Source of the DNA: Nannocystales bacterium
Lineage (GTDB): Bacteria; Myxococcota_A; Polyangia; Nannocystales; Nannocystaceae
DNA: 64,000 bases
Reading direction: 5' to 3'
Assembly (NCBI GenBank): GCA_050633305.1
Contig: JBOEGF010000005.1
Location: 192,001 to 256,000 of the forward strand
Positions 49,422 through 58,117 of this stretch are shown here, piece after piece. The stretch's first letter is position 1, and every line of letters begins with the position of its first letter. A program made the position numbers and the translations under genes. The notes beneath the pieces were generated by a model. It had not been told where the DNA came from, did no database searches, and saw only the letters and a list, made by a program, of their open reading frames with translations.

Positions 49422-52400
49422 GCTGCTGCCTCCCCGTGGAACACGCCGGCCTCTTGAAGGCCGACCGCGATGTCATCTGCGAACGCAGGGTCGAGCTCGA
49501 AGTGCCCGGTGCGCTCGGTCTCTCGGATCAACGTGGATGCGGCGGCAAAGCGAACGGCCTGCACGAGGTCTGTCTTGGCGAGGCCGCTGGCGTGGCCGAC
49601 CGAAGCAACGGTACTCGCGCCGTGCCGCATGAGGGTTGCGAGGACGACGAGTACGGCGTTGGGGAGCCGAGAGACGAAGGGCACGCCCCACGAGAACCCG
49701 TAGATCGGGTCGAGCACGATCGTCTCCCCTCGAACACCCGCGTGGGCGAGCCACAGCTGCAGTGCTCGTCTCAGGTTGCCTCCCGAAGCCGCTTCGATGT
49801 CCTGTGCGTAGCTGGCTCGCTCCGTTCGTCGTAGCAGACGTCGGCGCAGATCAGCCCTCCAGTGGCGCGGGAGTTCCAGGTCGAGGCCAGCAAGCTCGTG
49901 GCGGGCGTTGATTGCAGCGTCGAGCTGCTGCGCGGAGGGGCGATGCAGGCGGACGATGCTGCCGAATGCGGACTCGATCGGGGCCAACGCCCGAAGGACT
50001 TCCATGGACTCGGCGGCAACCGACGCGAGCCAGAAGGTCTGCTCGGACTGCTCGGCCATGAAGCACAGGAAGCGGCGGAAGTCCTCGATGCCCTCACGTG
50101 AGGGCGTGAACCAGGTGTGGAGGTCGTCGACGAGCATCACCGAGCGGGTGTTGCCCATGACTTTGGCCAGGGCCTCGGGTTTGGGGTCGACGTCGAACGT
50201 CCGGCCCAGGGCGTGCCAGATCGTGTCGCCCTGCGCTCCGGCGTGACGGACGGTGAAGACCCGCCGGGTGCTGAGCTTGAGCTGGGCGATGACCAAGGTT
50301 GAGGTCTTGCCGGACCCGACGGGCCCGATCACGAGCGCGCCGTTGCCCTTGCGGGTGTCGGACTGCCAGGCGCGCTCGGCCTTGACCGTGGCGCGGAGCT
50401 GGTTGCGGTGAAGCGCGAACAGTCGTGGGTCACGAAGCGGCCCCGAGGTGAACAGTGACGCGTACAGCCCGTCGACGCCGGGAACCCGGCGCTTTCGCTG
50501 CTCGTCGAGGAGCGCGCGAACACTCTGTGCGTCGAGCTTCTCTCCACGGGCACGCTGTCGGTAGCGCTCCGCAAGGTCTGCCGCGGTGCCGCCTTGCAGG
50601 AACCGGGTGGCACGGGCCCAGAGGCGTCGGACCGAGGCGACGCCCTCCTGGGCGACGGACCGGACACGCTCCGGAGTGGTGGGCAGCGCTTCGACGTTGG
50701 AGCGCTGGCCTCGCGCGACGGCCCGGGAGGCCTCGACCAGACGCTGGGACATCTCGTCCACATCCGTGCTGAGCTCGTCGCGGACACCACTCCAGGCCAT
50801 GCATGGGCCTTCGGGGAGGGCTTGCAGCATGGTCCGGGCTCGGCCGACCGCTTCCTCGAGACGGGCGAGCGGGGTCTTGTCTCCTTCGTCGCGCGCCTTC
50901 TCTGCGGTCTGAAATCCGAAACTCACCAAGGTGGCGGCTTCACGCATGGTGTCGCGCGCGGCGGAAAACTGCTCGTGCACCGACTCCAGCCGTTGCTCGA
51001 CCGACGGAAGCAGTCGCCCTGCGATCTGGACCTCCTTGAGCTCGCGAACGTCGACCGAGACAACGTTGACGGTCGCGGGCCGAGGCGTGTCGATGAGCTC
51101 GGAAAGCGACGACACGATCTCCAGGCGGGGCTCGCCGTCGTTGACGAACGCCATGAGGGCGGCAAAGGGCGACGAGGTGGACGTGGCGCGGCGCACCCGA
51201 GAGCTGGCGGCGCGCAGGACCTTGGCGGCGGGTTTGGTGAGGACAGCGCCAGACTGGAGCCCGATCCGGGTCCACTGCTCATCGTCGAGGTCTTGCGGCT
51301 CAGGGAACTGAATCGTGGCCAGGCGGTTGAGTTCCTCGCCGACCTCGGTGGTGAGCGTTGCGAACGCGTCGTCCAGCGGACGCCTCACGTCGCTTCGCAG
51401 TCGCTCCTCGAGTCGGCCCTGCGCACGCTCGACGGCCGCAACGAATTCGAGAAGCGTGATGGCGGCCTTCTGTCGGCTGGGCCAGGCCGCGGTGTCTTTG
51501 GCCATGCGGGCGAGGCTGGCTTCAATGTCTCGCTCCACGCGGCTGAAGCGAACCTGTGCGCTCCCACCCGGTGCGCCCGCGGTCGCGAAGACCTTGGTCA
51601 ATGCTCGCGCTGCCGCCTGGATCGAGGTGTTTCGGTCCTCGGCGAGTTGACGGTCGAGCGTCTTTTCGAGCGTGAGCAGCTCCTTGCGAGTCTCATCCCA
51701 TGTGGCGGTGCCGAGCACGGCACGTTGCAACGTCTCGAGGCATCGCGCTTCGTGGCGCTGCCAGCTGCGCTGGACCGACTCGGTCAGCTCAGCCATCCGA
51801 GGCTCGAATGCGTAGCGGACGGCAAGCTGAACCGGGACTTGGCGCTTGCGCTTGTTGCGGCCCGAGAAGAACGAGAAGAAACCGGCGACACGCTTGCGCG
51901 TGCGGACGCGAATGTCGTCCCGCTCGTGAACCGCGGCGAGCGCGGCTTCGAGCGGTACGGTCTCGACCAAGGGGAGGGTCTGCGTGAAGTCGGACTGGTG
52001 CAGCAGTACGCTGCGGAGTGCCTCCGTGTTCAGCGAGTACTGGCTGACGCGCAAGCGCTCGATCCGCGCGAGGACCTTGTCCGCGTCGGTGCCCGGGCCC
52101 CCTTCGGCGCCCGCGACCTGTCGGGTCAGCTCGGCGAGCTTGGGCCGCAGCTCGTTCTCCAACCAGGGCTCCCACGCTTCGAGGTAGGCCGCCTGGGTGT
52201 CGGTGACCAATGCCCGCAGTCTTGGTGAGTCGAGTGACTCGAGAGCCGGCGGGACCTCTCCGGCCAGGGCGTGGTCCGCCTGTTCGTCGGGCTCCTCGGC
52301 CTCGGACTTGATCTCGCCGGCATTGCGCAGCGCAATCCTCAGGGTGATCGGTCCGACCATCAGGTTGATTGCGACGACCGCGATGCCGAGGTTGGCGACG

Positions 52401-53632
52401 ACGTTCGCAAGCTCAGACACCATCGCTTGGGCCTGGGGGTCCAGGCCCGAGAGGTCGGAGAAGCGTCCGCCGGCCAATCCCAGCAACGTGAGCGCGACAC
52501 CGGCCTGCGGCAGGTAGGCGAGCCAGGCGAGCCGCTGGACCTTGGGTTCTTCACCCCCGACCCGGCCGCCCAGGCGGGCCGCGAGGAAGTAGGCGACTCC
52601 GCGAGCGCCACAGACCACAAGCGCGGCGGGGAGCACCGACCACGTCGCGTTAAGGTCGATCTGGGCGCCCGCCGTCGTGAAGAAGACGATGAAGACCGGT
52701 AGCGAGACGGTCTTTAGGGGCTTGAGCAGGTCGTGCTCGAGCTTGGGGGTCAGGTTGCGGACCATCATGCCCGCGACGATGAAGACGAGCAGGAGTTCGA
52801 GGATGATGTGGTGCTCGGCCTTGAGGTAGACCGCAATCTCGGCCACCACCAACACCATCGCGGTGACGAACAGCAGCATCTCGGTCTTGACGAACCGGAG
52901 GTAGGCGATGAGCAGCCCTCCCAGAACCGCCCCCGCCACGAGGCTGACGCCGATCTCCTCGCTGACGTGAATCAGGACGCCGACGCCGAGCTCTCCGCCG
53001 GCCGACATCGCGAGCGCGGTGGCCAGAGCGATGTTGAACGCGACGACGACCACGACGTCCTTGGCGACCGCGGCGCCGAGGACGAGTTCGGTGAGTCGGC
53101 CCTTGGCGTTGCTCTCCGAGGCAACCGCGAGCGCGATGGCCGGAGACGTTCCGATCGCCAGGGCGGCGAGCAGCATGGCGAGACCGTAGACCTGCGCGTC
53201 GTTGGAGAGTCCGAGCAGGTCGGTGAACAGGCCCATCCCGACGATCGACCCGCCGACGAGGATGGCGCAGAGCACCACCTTGATGCCGATGGTCGCAGCG
53301 AGGGTCCGGGTGAGCTTGGCCAGTCCCTTCAGCTCGAGTTCGAGACCCGCGGTCGTTGCGATGAGTCCGAGCGCGAGTGTGCCGAACATGTTCATGTCGG
53401 CGACGACGGAGTCGGACAGGATGTCGGCGGCAGAGGGGCCGAGGACCACACCGCTGACGATGTATCCGGTGACCTTGGGCAGCGACATGCGCCCGCCCAG
53501 CTCGGCGATGGCGAACGCTGCCAGGATGACGAAGCCGATCGCCGCAAGCGTGACCGACGACTGATCCGTCCGTAGGGCGGTGAGCCCCAGCATCATGGTC
53601 AGCAGCGCGAGAACGACAAACATCCGCCGCAT
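49418..53632 (-). CDS. Cation:proton antiporter fused to a long helical region and a C-terminal P-loop (AAA-like) ATPase
   Basis: LPKVTGYI.SG..LGP, GLEL, TSPA, KDVV, FF..AGA, PQAGVAL in the N-terminal ~440 aa; Walker A GPVGSGKTS, Walker B MLVDD, SGGNLRRAL..W. Confidence 0.85.
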   Translation of the reverse strand: MRRMFVVLALLTMMLGLTALRTDQSSVTLAAIGFVILAAFAIAELGGRMSLPKVTGYIVSGVVLGPSAADILSDSVVADMNMFGTLALGLIATTAGLELELKGLAKLTRTLAATIGIKVVLCAILVGGSIVGMGLFTDLLGLSNDAQVYGLAMLLAALAIGTSPAIALAVASESNAKGRLTELVLGAAVAKDVVVVVAFNIALATALAMSAGGELGVGVLIHVSEEIGVSLVAGAVLGGLLIAYLRFVKTEMLLFVTAMVLVVAEIAVYLKAEHHIILELLLVFIVAGMMVRNLTPKLEHDLLKPLKTVSLPVFIVFFTTAGAQIDLNATWSVLPAALVVCGARGVAYFLAARLGGRVGGEEPKVQRLAWLAYLPQAGVALTLLGLAGGRFSDLSGLDPQAQAMVSELANVVANLGIAVVAINLMVGPITLRIALRNAGEIKSEAEEPDEQADHALAGEVPPALESLDSPRLRALVTDTQAAYLEAWEPWLENELRPKLAELTRQVAGAEGGPGTDADKVLARIERLRVSQYSLNTEALRSVLLHQSDFTQTLPLVETVPLEAALAAVHERDDIRVRTRKRVAGFFSFFSGRNKRKRQVPVQLAVRYAFEPRMAELTESVQRSWQRHEARCLETLQRAVLGTATWDETRKELLTLEKTLDRQLAEDRNTSIQAAARALTKVFATAGAPGGSAQVRFSRVERDIEASLARMAKDTAAWPSRQKAAITLLEFVAAVERAQGRLEERLRSDVRRPLDDAFATLTTEVGEELNRLATIQFPEPQDLDDEQWTRIGLQSGAVLTKPAAKVLRAASSRVRRATSTSSPFAALMAFVNDGEPRLEIVSSLSELIDTPRPATVNVVSVDVRELKEVQIAGRLLPSVEQRLESVHEQFSAARDTMREAATLVSFGFQTAEKARDEGDKTPLARLEEAVGRARTMLQALPEGPCMAWSGVRDELSTDVDEMSQRLVEASRAVARGQRSNVEALPTTPERVRSVAQEGVASVRRLWARATRFLQGGTAADLAERYRQRARGEKLDAQSVRALLDEQRKRRVPGVDGLYASLFTSGPLRDPRLFALHRNQLRATVKAERAWQSDTRKGNGALVIGPVGSGKTSTLVIAQLKLSTRRVFTVRHAGAQGDTIWHALGRTFDVDPKPEALAKVMGNTRSVMLVDDLHTWFTPSREGIEDFRRFLCFMAEQSEQTFWLASVAAESMEVLRALAPIESAFGSIVRLHRPSAQQLDAAINARHELAGLDLELPRHWRADLRRRLLRRTERASYAQDIEAASGGNLRRALQLWLAHAGVRGETIVLDPIYGFSWGVPFVSRLPNAVLVVLATLMRHGASTVASVGHASGLAKTDLVQAVRFAAASTLIRETERTGHFELDPAFADDIAVGLQEAGVFHGEAAA

Positions 53633-53633
53633 G

Positions 53634-55082
53634 TCAACGCCTCCAGGTTCCGGCTGAGAAGATGGCGAACAACGCGAAGATCTCCAGACGACCCGCGATC
53701 ATGCAGACGCACAGCACGGCTTTGCCCGCGCCGGGAATGAACCCAAAGTTTTGGGTGGGGCCCACCGCATCGAGGCCCGGACCGACCGAGCTGAGACAGG
53801 CGATCGTGGCGCTCATCGCAGACATGAGCTCGAGCCCGGAGGCCACGAGCAAGAACGACGCGACGGCGAACAAGAAGAAGTACGCCGCGAAGAATGTGGC
53901 GATGCCGCCCGCAACGTCTTGGCTGACCGTGCCTCGGCCGACCCGGATCGCGCTGACCTGGTGCGGCCGTACGATGATGCTCAGCTCGCGCAAGACAACT
54001 TTGCCCAGCACGAACACGCGCGACGCCTTGAGCCCGCCTGCGGTCGAGCCCGCGCACGCGCCCATGAACATGCAGCAGAACAACGCGAACCGGGCGATGT
54101 CCGGGTAGGTGTCGAAGTCCTCCGTCATGAAGCCCGTGGTCGTGGTGACCGCGAGCGTCTGGAAGGTGGCGTGTCGGACCGTGTCCGTCCAGTTGCCATG
54201 GGTGCCGGCGATGCTGAACGCGACGATGACGATGACGATGAGGTTCACCGTCAGATAGAAACGAAGCTCGTAGTTTCGGTAGAACGTTCGCCATTTGCGG
54301 CGGAGCAGGCCGTAGAAGAGGCCGAAGTTGAGCCCCGCGATGAGCATAAACGCGCTGATGATCCAGTCGATGGTGGGACTCGCGAACGCTCCCACGCTGG
54401 CCCCCTTGGACGAGAACCCGCCTGTGCCGAGCGTGGACATCGCATGGCAAATGGCGTCGAACACAGGCATCCCGGCCAGGATGAGGAGCACGGTGCACAG
54501 GGCGGTGAGGCTGCCGTAGATCCACCACAGCGCGGTCGCCGTCTGCTGAATCTTGGGGCGCAGACCTTCGGTGGTTGGGCCCGGCACCTCCGACTTGAAG
54601 AGGTGCTTTGCACCCACGCCGAGCTGCGGGAACACGGCGACGAACAGCACCACGATACCCATGCCGCCGATCCAGTGCATGAGGCAGCGCCACAAGTTGG
54701 TGGCGCGGGAGAGTCCATCGATGTCGGAAACCACCGTCGCGCCCGTGGTGGTGAAGCCGGAAACGGCCTCGAAGATGGCGCTGGGGATGCTGGGAATCGA
54801 CCCTTCGAGGATGAAGGGCAAGCCCCCGAGGATCCCCAAGGCAAGCCATGTGAACCCGACGACGCCCAGTGCGTCTTTGCGGTGAATCTCGTGATCGTCG
54901 TCGAGCTGCCCGATGCGGCGCAGCGTGAGGGCCAGCGCGATGCAGCAGAACGTCGCCACCGCATAGGCGGTGATGGTGCGAGGTTCACCGTCGAACACGG
55001 CGAGTCCAACCGGCGCCAGCATGAGCACGGCGACGGTGAACAGGAGGAGCCCGACGTAGCGGCTGACGACCCGGAGGTTCAC
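53634..55082 (-). CDS. trkH: Trk K+ uptake membrane subunit
   Basis: Four pore loops: SGFTTTGAT, LGTGGFS, TTTTGF, LSSVGPG; GSTAGGLK; GRLE. Confidence 0.95.
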   Translation of the reverse strand: MNLRVVSRYVGLLLFTVAVLMLAPVGLAVFDGEPRTITAYAVATFCCIALALTLRRIGQLDDDHEIHRKDALGVVGFTWLALGILGGLPFILEGSIPSIPSAIFEAVSGFTTTGATVVSDIDGLSRATNLWRCLMHWIGGMGIVVLFVAVFPQLGVGAKHLFKSEVPGPTTEGLRPKIQQTATALWWIYGSLTALCTVLLILAGMPVFDAICHAMSTLGTGGFSSKGASVGAFASPTIDWIISAFMLIAGLNFGLFYGLLRRKWRTFYRNYELRFYLTVNLIVIVIVAFSIAGTHGNWTDTVRHATFQTLAVTTTTGFMTEDFDTYPDIARFALFCCMFMGACAGSTAGGLKASRVFVLGKVVLRELSIIVRPHQVSAIRVGRGTVSQDVAGGIATFFAAYFFLFAVASFLLVASGLELMSAMSATIACLSSVGPGLDAVGPTQNFGFIPGAGKAVLCVCMIAGRLEIFALFAIFSAGTWRR

Positions 55083-56425
55083 CCGTTCTTGGTCTCCAAT
55101 CGGGTGACGCCTCGCTCGGCGCTGCGACGGTCACGAATCGGACACGCCACGAGGAGGTGCTCGCCTCCGGTCAAGACCGGGTTGGCCTCCGGAGCGATGG
55201 TGGGATCGGAGTGGGGGAGGACGCCGAGGATCCGCGTCGAGGCCCCAAGGGAGAGGTCGCGGACCCGAAGCTGCCGGGGCAACGTGTGCGGTACGCGAAG
55301 TTCGAGGATCGACCAGTCGCTGTCGGGGAGGGTGGCGGAGCTGACGACGGTGCGGCCTGGGAGCAGCCACTGCAGCGTGCTGGAGAGGACCTCGTGGGCG
55401 CTTGTGGTGCCATCGATGCCCAGGTGGGCGTAGACGGACGAGTAGCCGGGGCGGTGAACGAGCGCGAAGGTGTGCTCGACACCGAGCTCGTTGCTCAACA
55501 GCGAGGACATCAGGTTGACCTCATCGGTCCCGGTGACGGCCAGGGCAGTCTCGGCGCGACCGATCTGCTCCTCTCTGAGGAAGGCAAGGTTGGTCCCGTT
55601 GCCGTGCAGGATGGTGGTCTTCGCGAGCTGCGTGGCCAGTGCTTCGCAACGCTCACGGGACTCCTCGACGATCGACACCTCGCGGGTGAGCGCAGAGAGT
55701 GCGCGAGCGAGCTGCAACCCTACGTCGCCACCGCCCACGATGACCACACGGTTGGTACCGCTGGCTCGCATGCTGCGGGCCACGGAGGCGACGCCCACCG
55801 GAGGTCCGCCTAGAATCACGCGGTCACCAGCTTCGAGGGATGCGATCTCGGAGGGCAGACGGATCGAGTCGCCACGCAGGACGGCGCGGGTGATGGAGGC
55901 GGCCTCGGTGCCCAGGCTTCCGATGGGGCCGCCGGCGACGGGGGAATCGTCGCCGAGCTCCACCACGCCGACGTGGACTGCACCGCCGACGAACGTGGAG
56001 GTCCAACCGACCTCGACCCGGTTGACCAGTCGCAGCAGATCGACGCCGACGAGGCGGGAGGCGCAGACGCAGGCGTCGATGCCAGCAACGTCGCGCTCGA
56101 CGCCCAGAGAGCCGCGATAGAAGCCGGGGTCGTCAACACGAGCAACAGCGCGGCGCGCTCCCAGGTTCTTGGCGAGGACGCTGGCCGAGACGTTGACCGA
56201 GTCTTCGCCCGCGACGGAGATCACCAGGTCGGCCTCTCGGACCTCGGCGGCCTCGAGCGCGTCTCGGTGGGTCGCGTTGCCTTCCATGACGAGGACATCG
56301 AGTTCCTCCTCGGCAATGGCCAACGCACGGGGGTCGGCGTCGAGCAACACGACGTTGGCATCGCTGGACAGGGAACGCGCGAGATGGCGTCCGACTTCGC
56401 CGGCACCGAGGATCAACACTCTCAT
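55079..56425 (-). CDS. trkA: Trk K+ uptake NAD-binding subunit
   Basis: Two Rossmann motifs (ILGAGEVG, IVGGGDVG), each followed by an RCK_C-like region; coupled to trkH. Confidence 0.92.
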   Translation of the reverse strand: MRVLILGAGEVGRHLARSLSSDANVVLLDADPRALAIAEEELDVLVMEGNATHRDALEAAEVREADLVISVAGEDSVNVSASVLAKNLGARRAVARVDDPGFYRGSLGVERDVAGIDACVCASRLVGVDLLRLVNRVEVGWTSTFVGGAVHVGVVELGDDSPVAGGPIGSLGTEAASITRAVLRGDSIRLPSEIASLEAGDRVILGGPPVGVASVARSMRASGTNRVVIVGGGDVGLQLARALSALTREVSIVEESRERCEALATQLAKTTILHGNGTNLAFLREEQIGRAETALAVTGTDEVNLMSSLLSNELGVEHTFALVHRPGYSSVYAHLGIDGTTSAHEVLSSTLQWLLPGRTVVSSATLPDSDWSILELRVPHTLPRQLRVRDLSLGASTRILGVLPHSDPTIAPEANPVLTGGEHLLVACPIRDRRSAERGVTRLETKNG

Positions 56426-57753
56426 GGGTGATGCGACTCCGAGGGGCTAGGCCCTGCAGGGGTGGTGGGATCGGGGGTGGGGTCGGGCGGCGCGTGGTTC
56501 TCGACCTGAATCTCACCCACGTCGGCGAGATATCGACGTAGGGCTCGCATCGCGAGGACGTCGGAGATGACGAGACCGCCGAGAATGATCGTGCCCACCG
56601 TGGGGCTGAGCTCGGGGAAGCGTTGGGTGAAAGCGACGGAGATGGCCGCCGCCAAGACGCCTTGCCCGAGCATGCCGCGACCCAGGCCGACACCGAGCGA
56701 GCCCTCGTCGACGAACGTCGTGACCGCGACACGCGTAAAAATGCGCCGCAGGAGCACGCGTGCCAGCGCGTAGACCGGGACGACGACCCAGACTGCGGCA
56801 GAAGAGGCCGGGACCCACATGGCTCCCGCCAGCAGCAGGATCAGTACGGTCGTGGGGAACCGGATCGGCTCGAGCGCGCGATACAGCCGCGGGGCGTGCT
56901 GGGAGGTGTACGCGACGGTAAGCCCGGCGATCACGTTGACGAACAACGGGGAGACGCCAAGGCCTGCGCCCACGCCGGCGGCAAAGACCACCACCCCGAG
57001 TGTGGCCACGAGCATACGCATGGGGTCGTCCTCGCGGCCGATGAAGACGCTGAACAGCAGCCCGGTCAGGACGCCGGCGGCAATGGTGATGACGGACCAC
57101 TCGGTGAGCTTCAGGCCCAGCCCCGCCGATGCCTCCGCAGCCCGGTGTCCGGCCATGGCCATGCCGAACGCAAACGCGGCGATCAGCTGAGCCGAGCTGG
57201 CCATCGTCCGCAGCAGGCGCGTCCGCTTGGGCGAGACCTTGAAGCGGTCGATCGCCACGTCCATGAGGGAGGCCGAACACGCCGCAGCGGCAGCGCCGAT
57301 GGTCACTCCGCCCCACAGGGCTCCGGGCGAGAGCCAGAAGGAAATGAGGCTGTCCCCCGTGACTTGAACCGGCTCGGCGAAGAGAGGCTCCAACTCGAGG
57401 AGTGATGGGTCGAGGACTTGAAGGACGCCGGTGAGGAGCAATCCTACCGAGACCACCACACCCGCGGCCGCGGACAAGCCCGCGAGCGTGAACTCGGTTC
57501 CCCCGCGCCCACGTTTGGCTCCCAGCCCGACGAGGAAGCCGACGACGCCGAGCACTGTCGACACGAACAGGTCCAATGCGGCCAGGGTCTCTTCGTTCAG
57601 CGGCCCGATCGGCGACACTGGCCCCAGCGCGATGCCCAGCGCCAAGTACTCCATGCCCGAGAACAGGAGGAGTTTGGCCGCGAATCGGTCAATGAAGCGC
57701 CCCGCGACGAACGCGAAGACGACCACGCCGACAAAGAGGACGGTGGTGCTCAT
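56422..57753 (-). CDS. Cation:proton antiporter family membrane protein
   Basis: Polytopic; YLALGIALGP, GFLVGL, SPLF, GQG..A motifs; first gene of the operon. Confidence 0.75.
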   Translation of the reverse strand: MSTTVLFVGVVVFAFVAGRFIDRFAAKLLLFSGMEYLALGIALGPVSPIGPLNEETLAALDLFVSTVLGVVGFLVGLGAKRGRGGTEFTLAGLSAAAGVVVSVGLLLTGVLQVLDPSLLELEPLFAEPVQVTGDSLISFWLSPGALWGGVTIGAAAAACSASLMDVAIDRFKVSPKRTRLLRTMASSAQLIAAFAFGMAMAGHRAAEASAGLGLKLTEWSVITIAAGVLTGLLFSVFIGREDDPMRMLVATLGVVVFAAGVGAGLGVSPLFVNVIAGLTVAYTSQHAPRLYRALEPIRFPTTVLILLLAGAMWVPASSAAVWVVVPVYALARVLLRRIFTRVAVTTFVDEGSLGVGLGRGMLGQGVLAAAISVAFTQRFPELSPTVGTIILGGLVISDVLAMRALRRYLADVGEIQVENHAPPDPTPDPTTPAGPSPSESHHP

Positions 57754-57874
57754 GAAGAGGTCGGCTTGATGCCATCATGAAGGGGCGCGCGAGTCACGAT
57801 TCGTCACTTTCTTCGCCGGCCCGGTGCGCATGCGTACCGTCGATTCGGCCCGCCCAGCGTGGGCACGGTGCACC

Positions 57875-57970
57875 ATGAGCTTCATTCTGTCGATTCTCCT
57901 TGTTGGACTGCTGAGCGCCTTTGCAGGGTTTGTCTTCGACCCGCGGAAGCATGCGCGCGTAGGCCGCTGA
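57875..57970 (+). CDS. Candidate 31-aa single-pass membrane peptide
   Basis: ATG..TGA gives MSFILSILLVGLLSAFAGFVFDPRKHARVGR; below the ORF-track cutoff; no strong RBS. Confidence 0.45.
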   Translation: MSFILSILLVGLLSAFAGFVFDPRKHARVGR

Positions 57971-58117
57971 AGGCCGCCTGTGCGGGTGCTCCCTGCCTGA
58001 GGGCGCGCGCTCGCCACGAACCCTCGGCGTCGCCTCGAGAGGGTCCGGCCGTGAACGGCTACCCGGCCTCAAAAAAACTTGGAACGCTTTTGCGTCGGCG
58101 CCGGACTACTGGCAGCG

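Noticed and set aside
58071..58100. Sigma54 promoter TTGGAACGCTTTTGC
   Set aside because: GG-GC spacing is 9 nt, not the required 10. An ECF-type GGAAC -35 is possible but has no clear -10.
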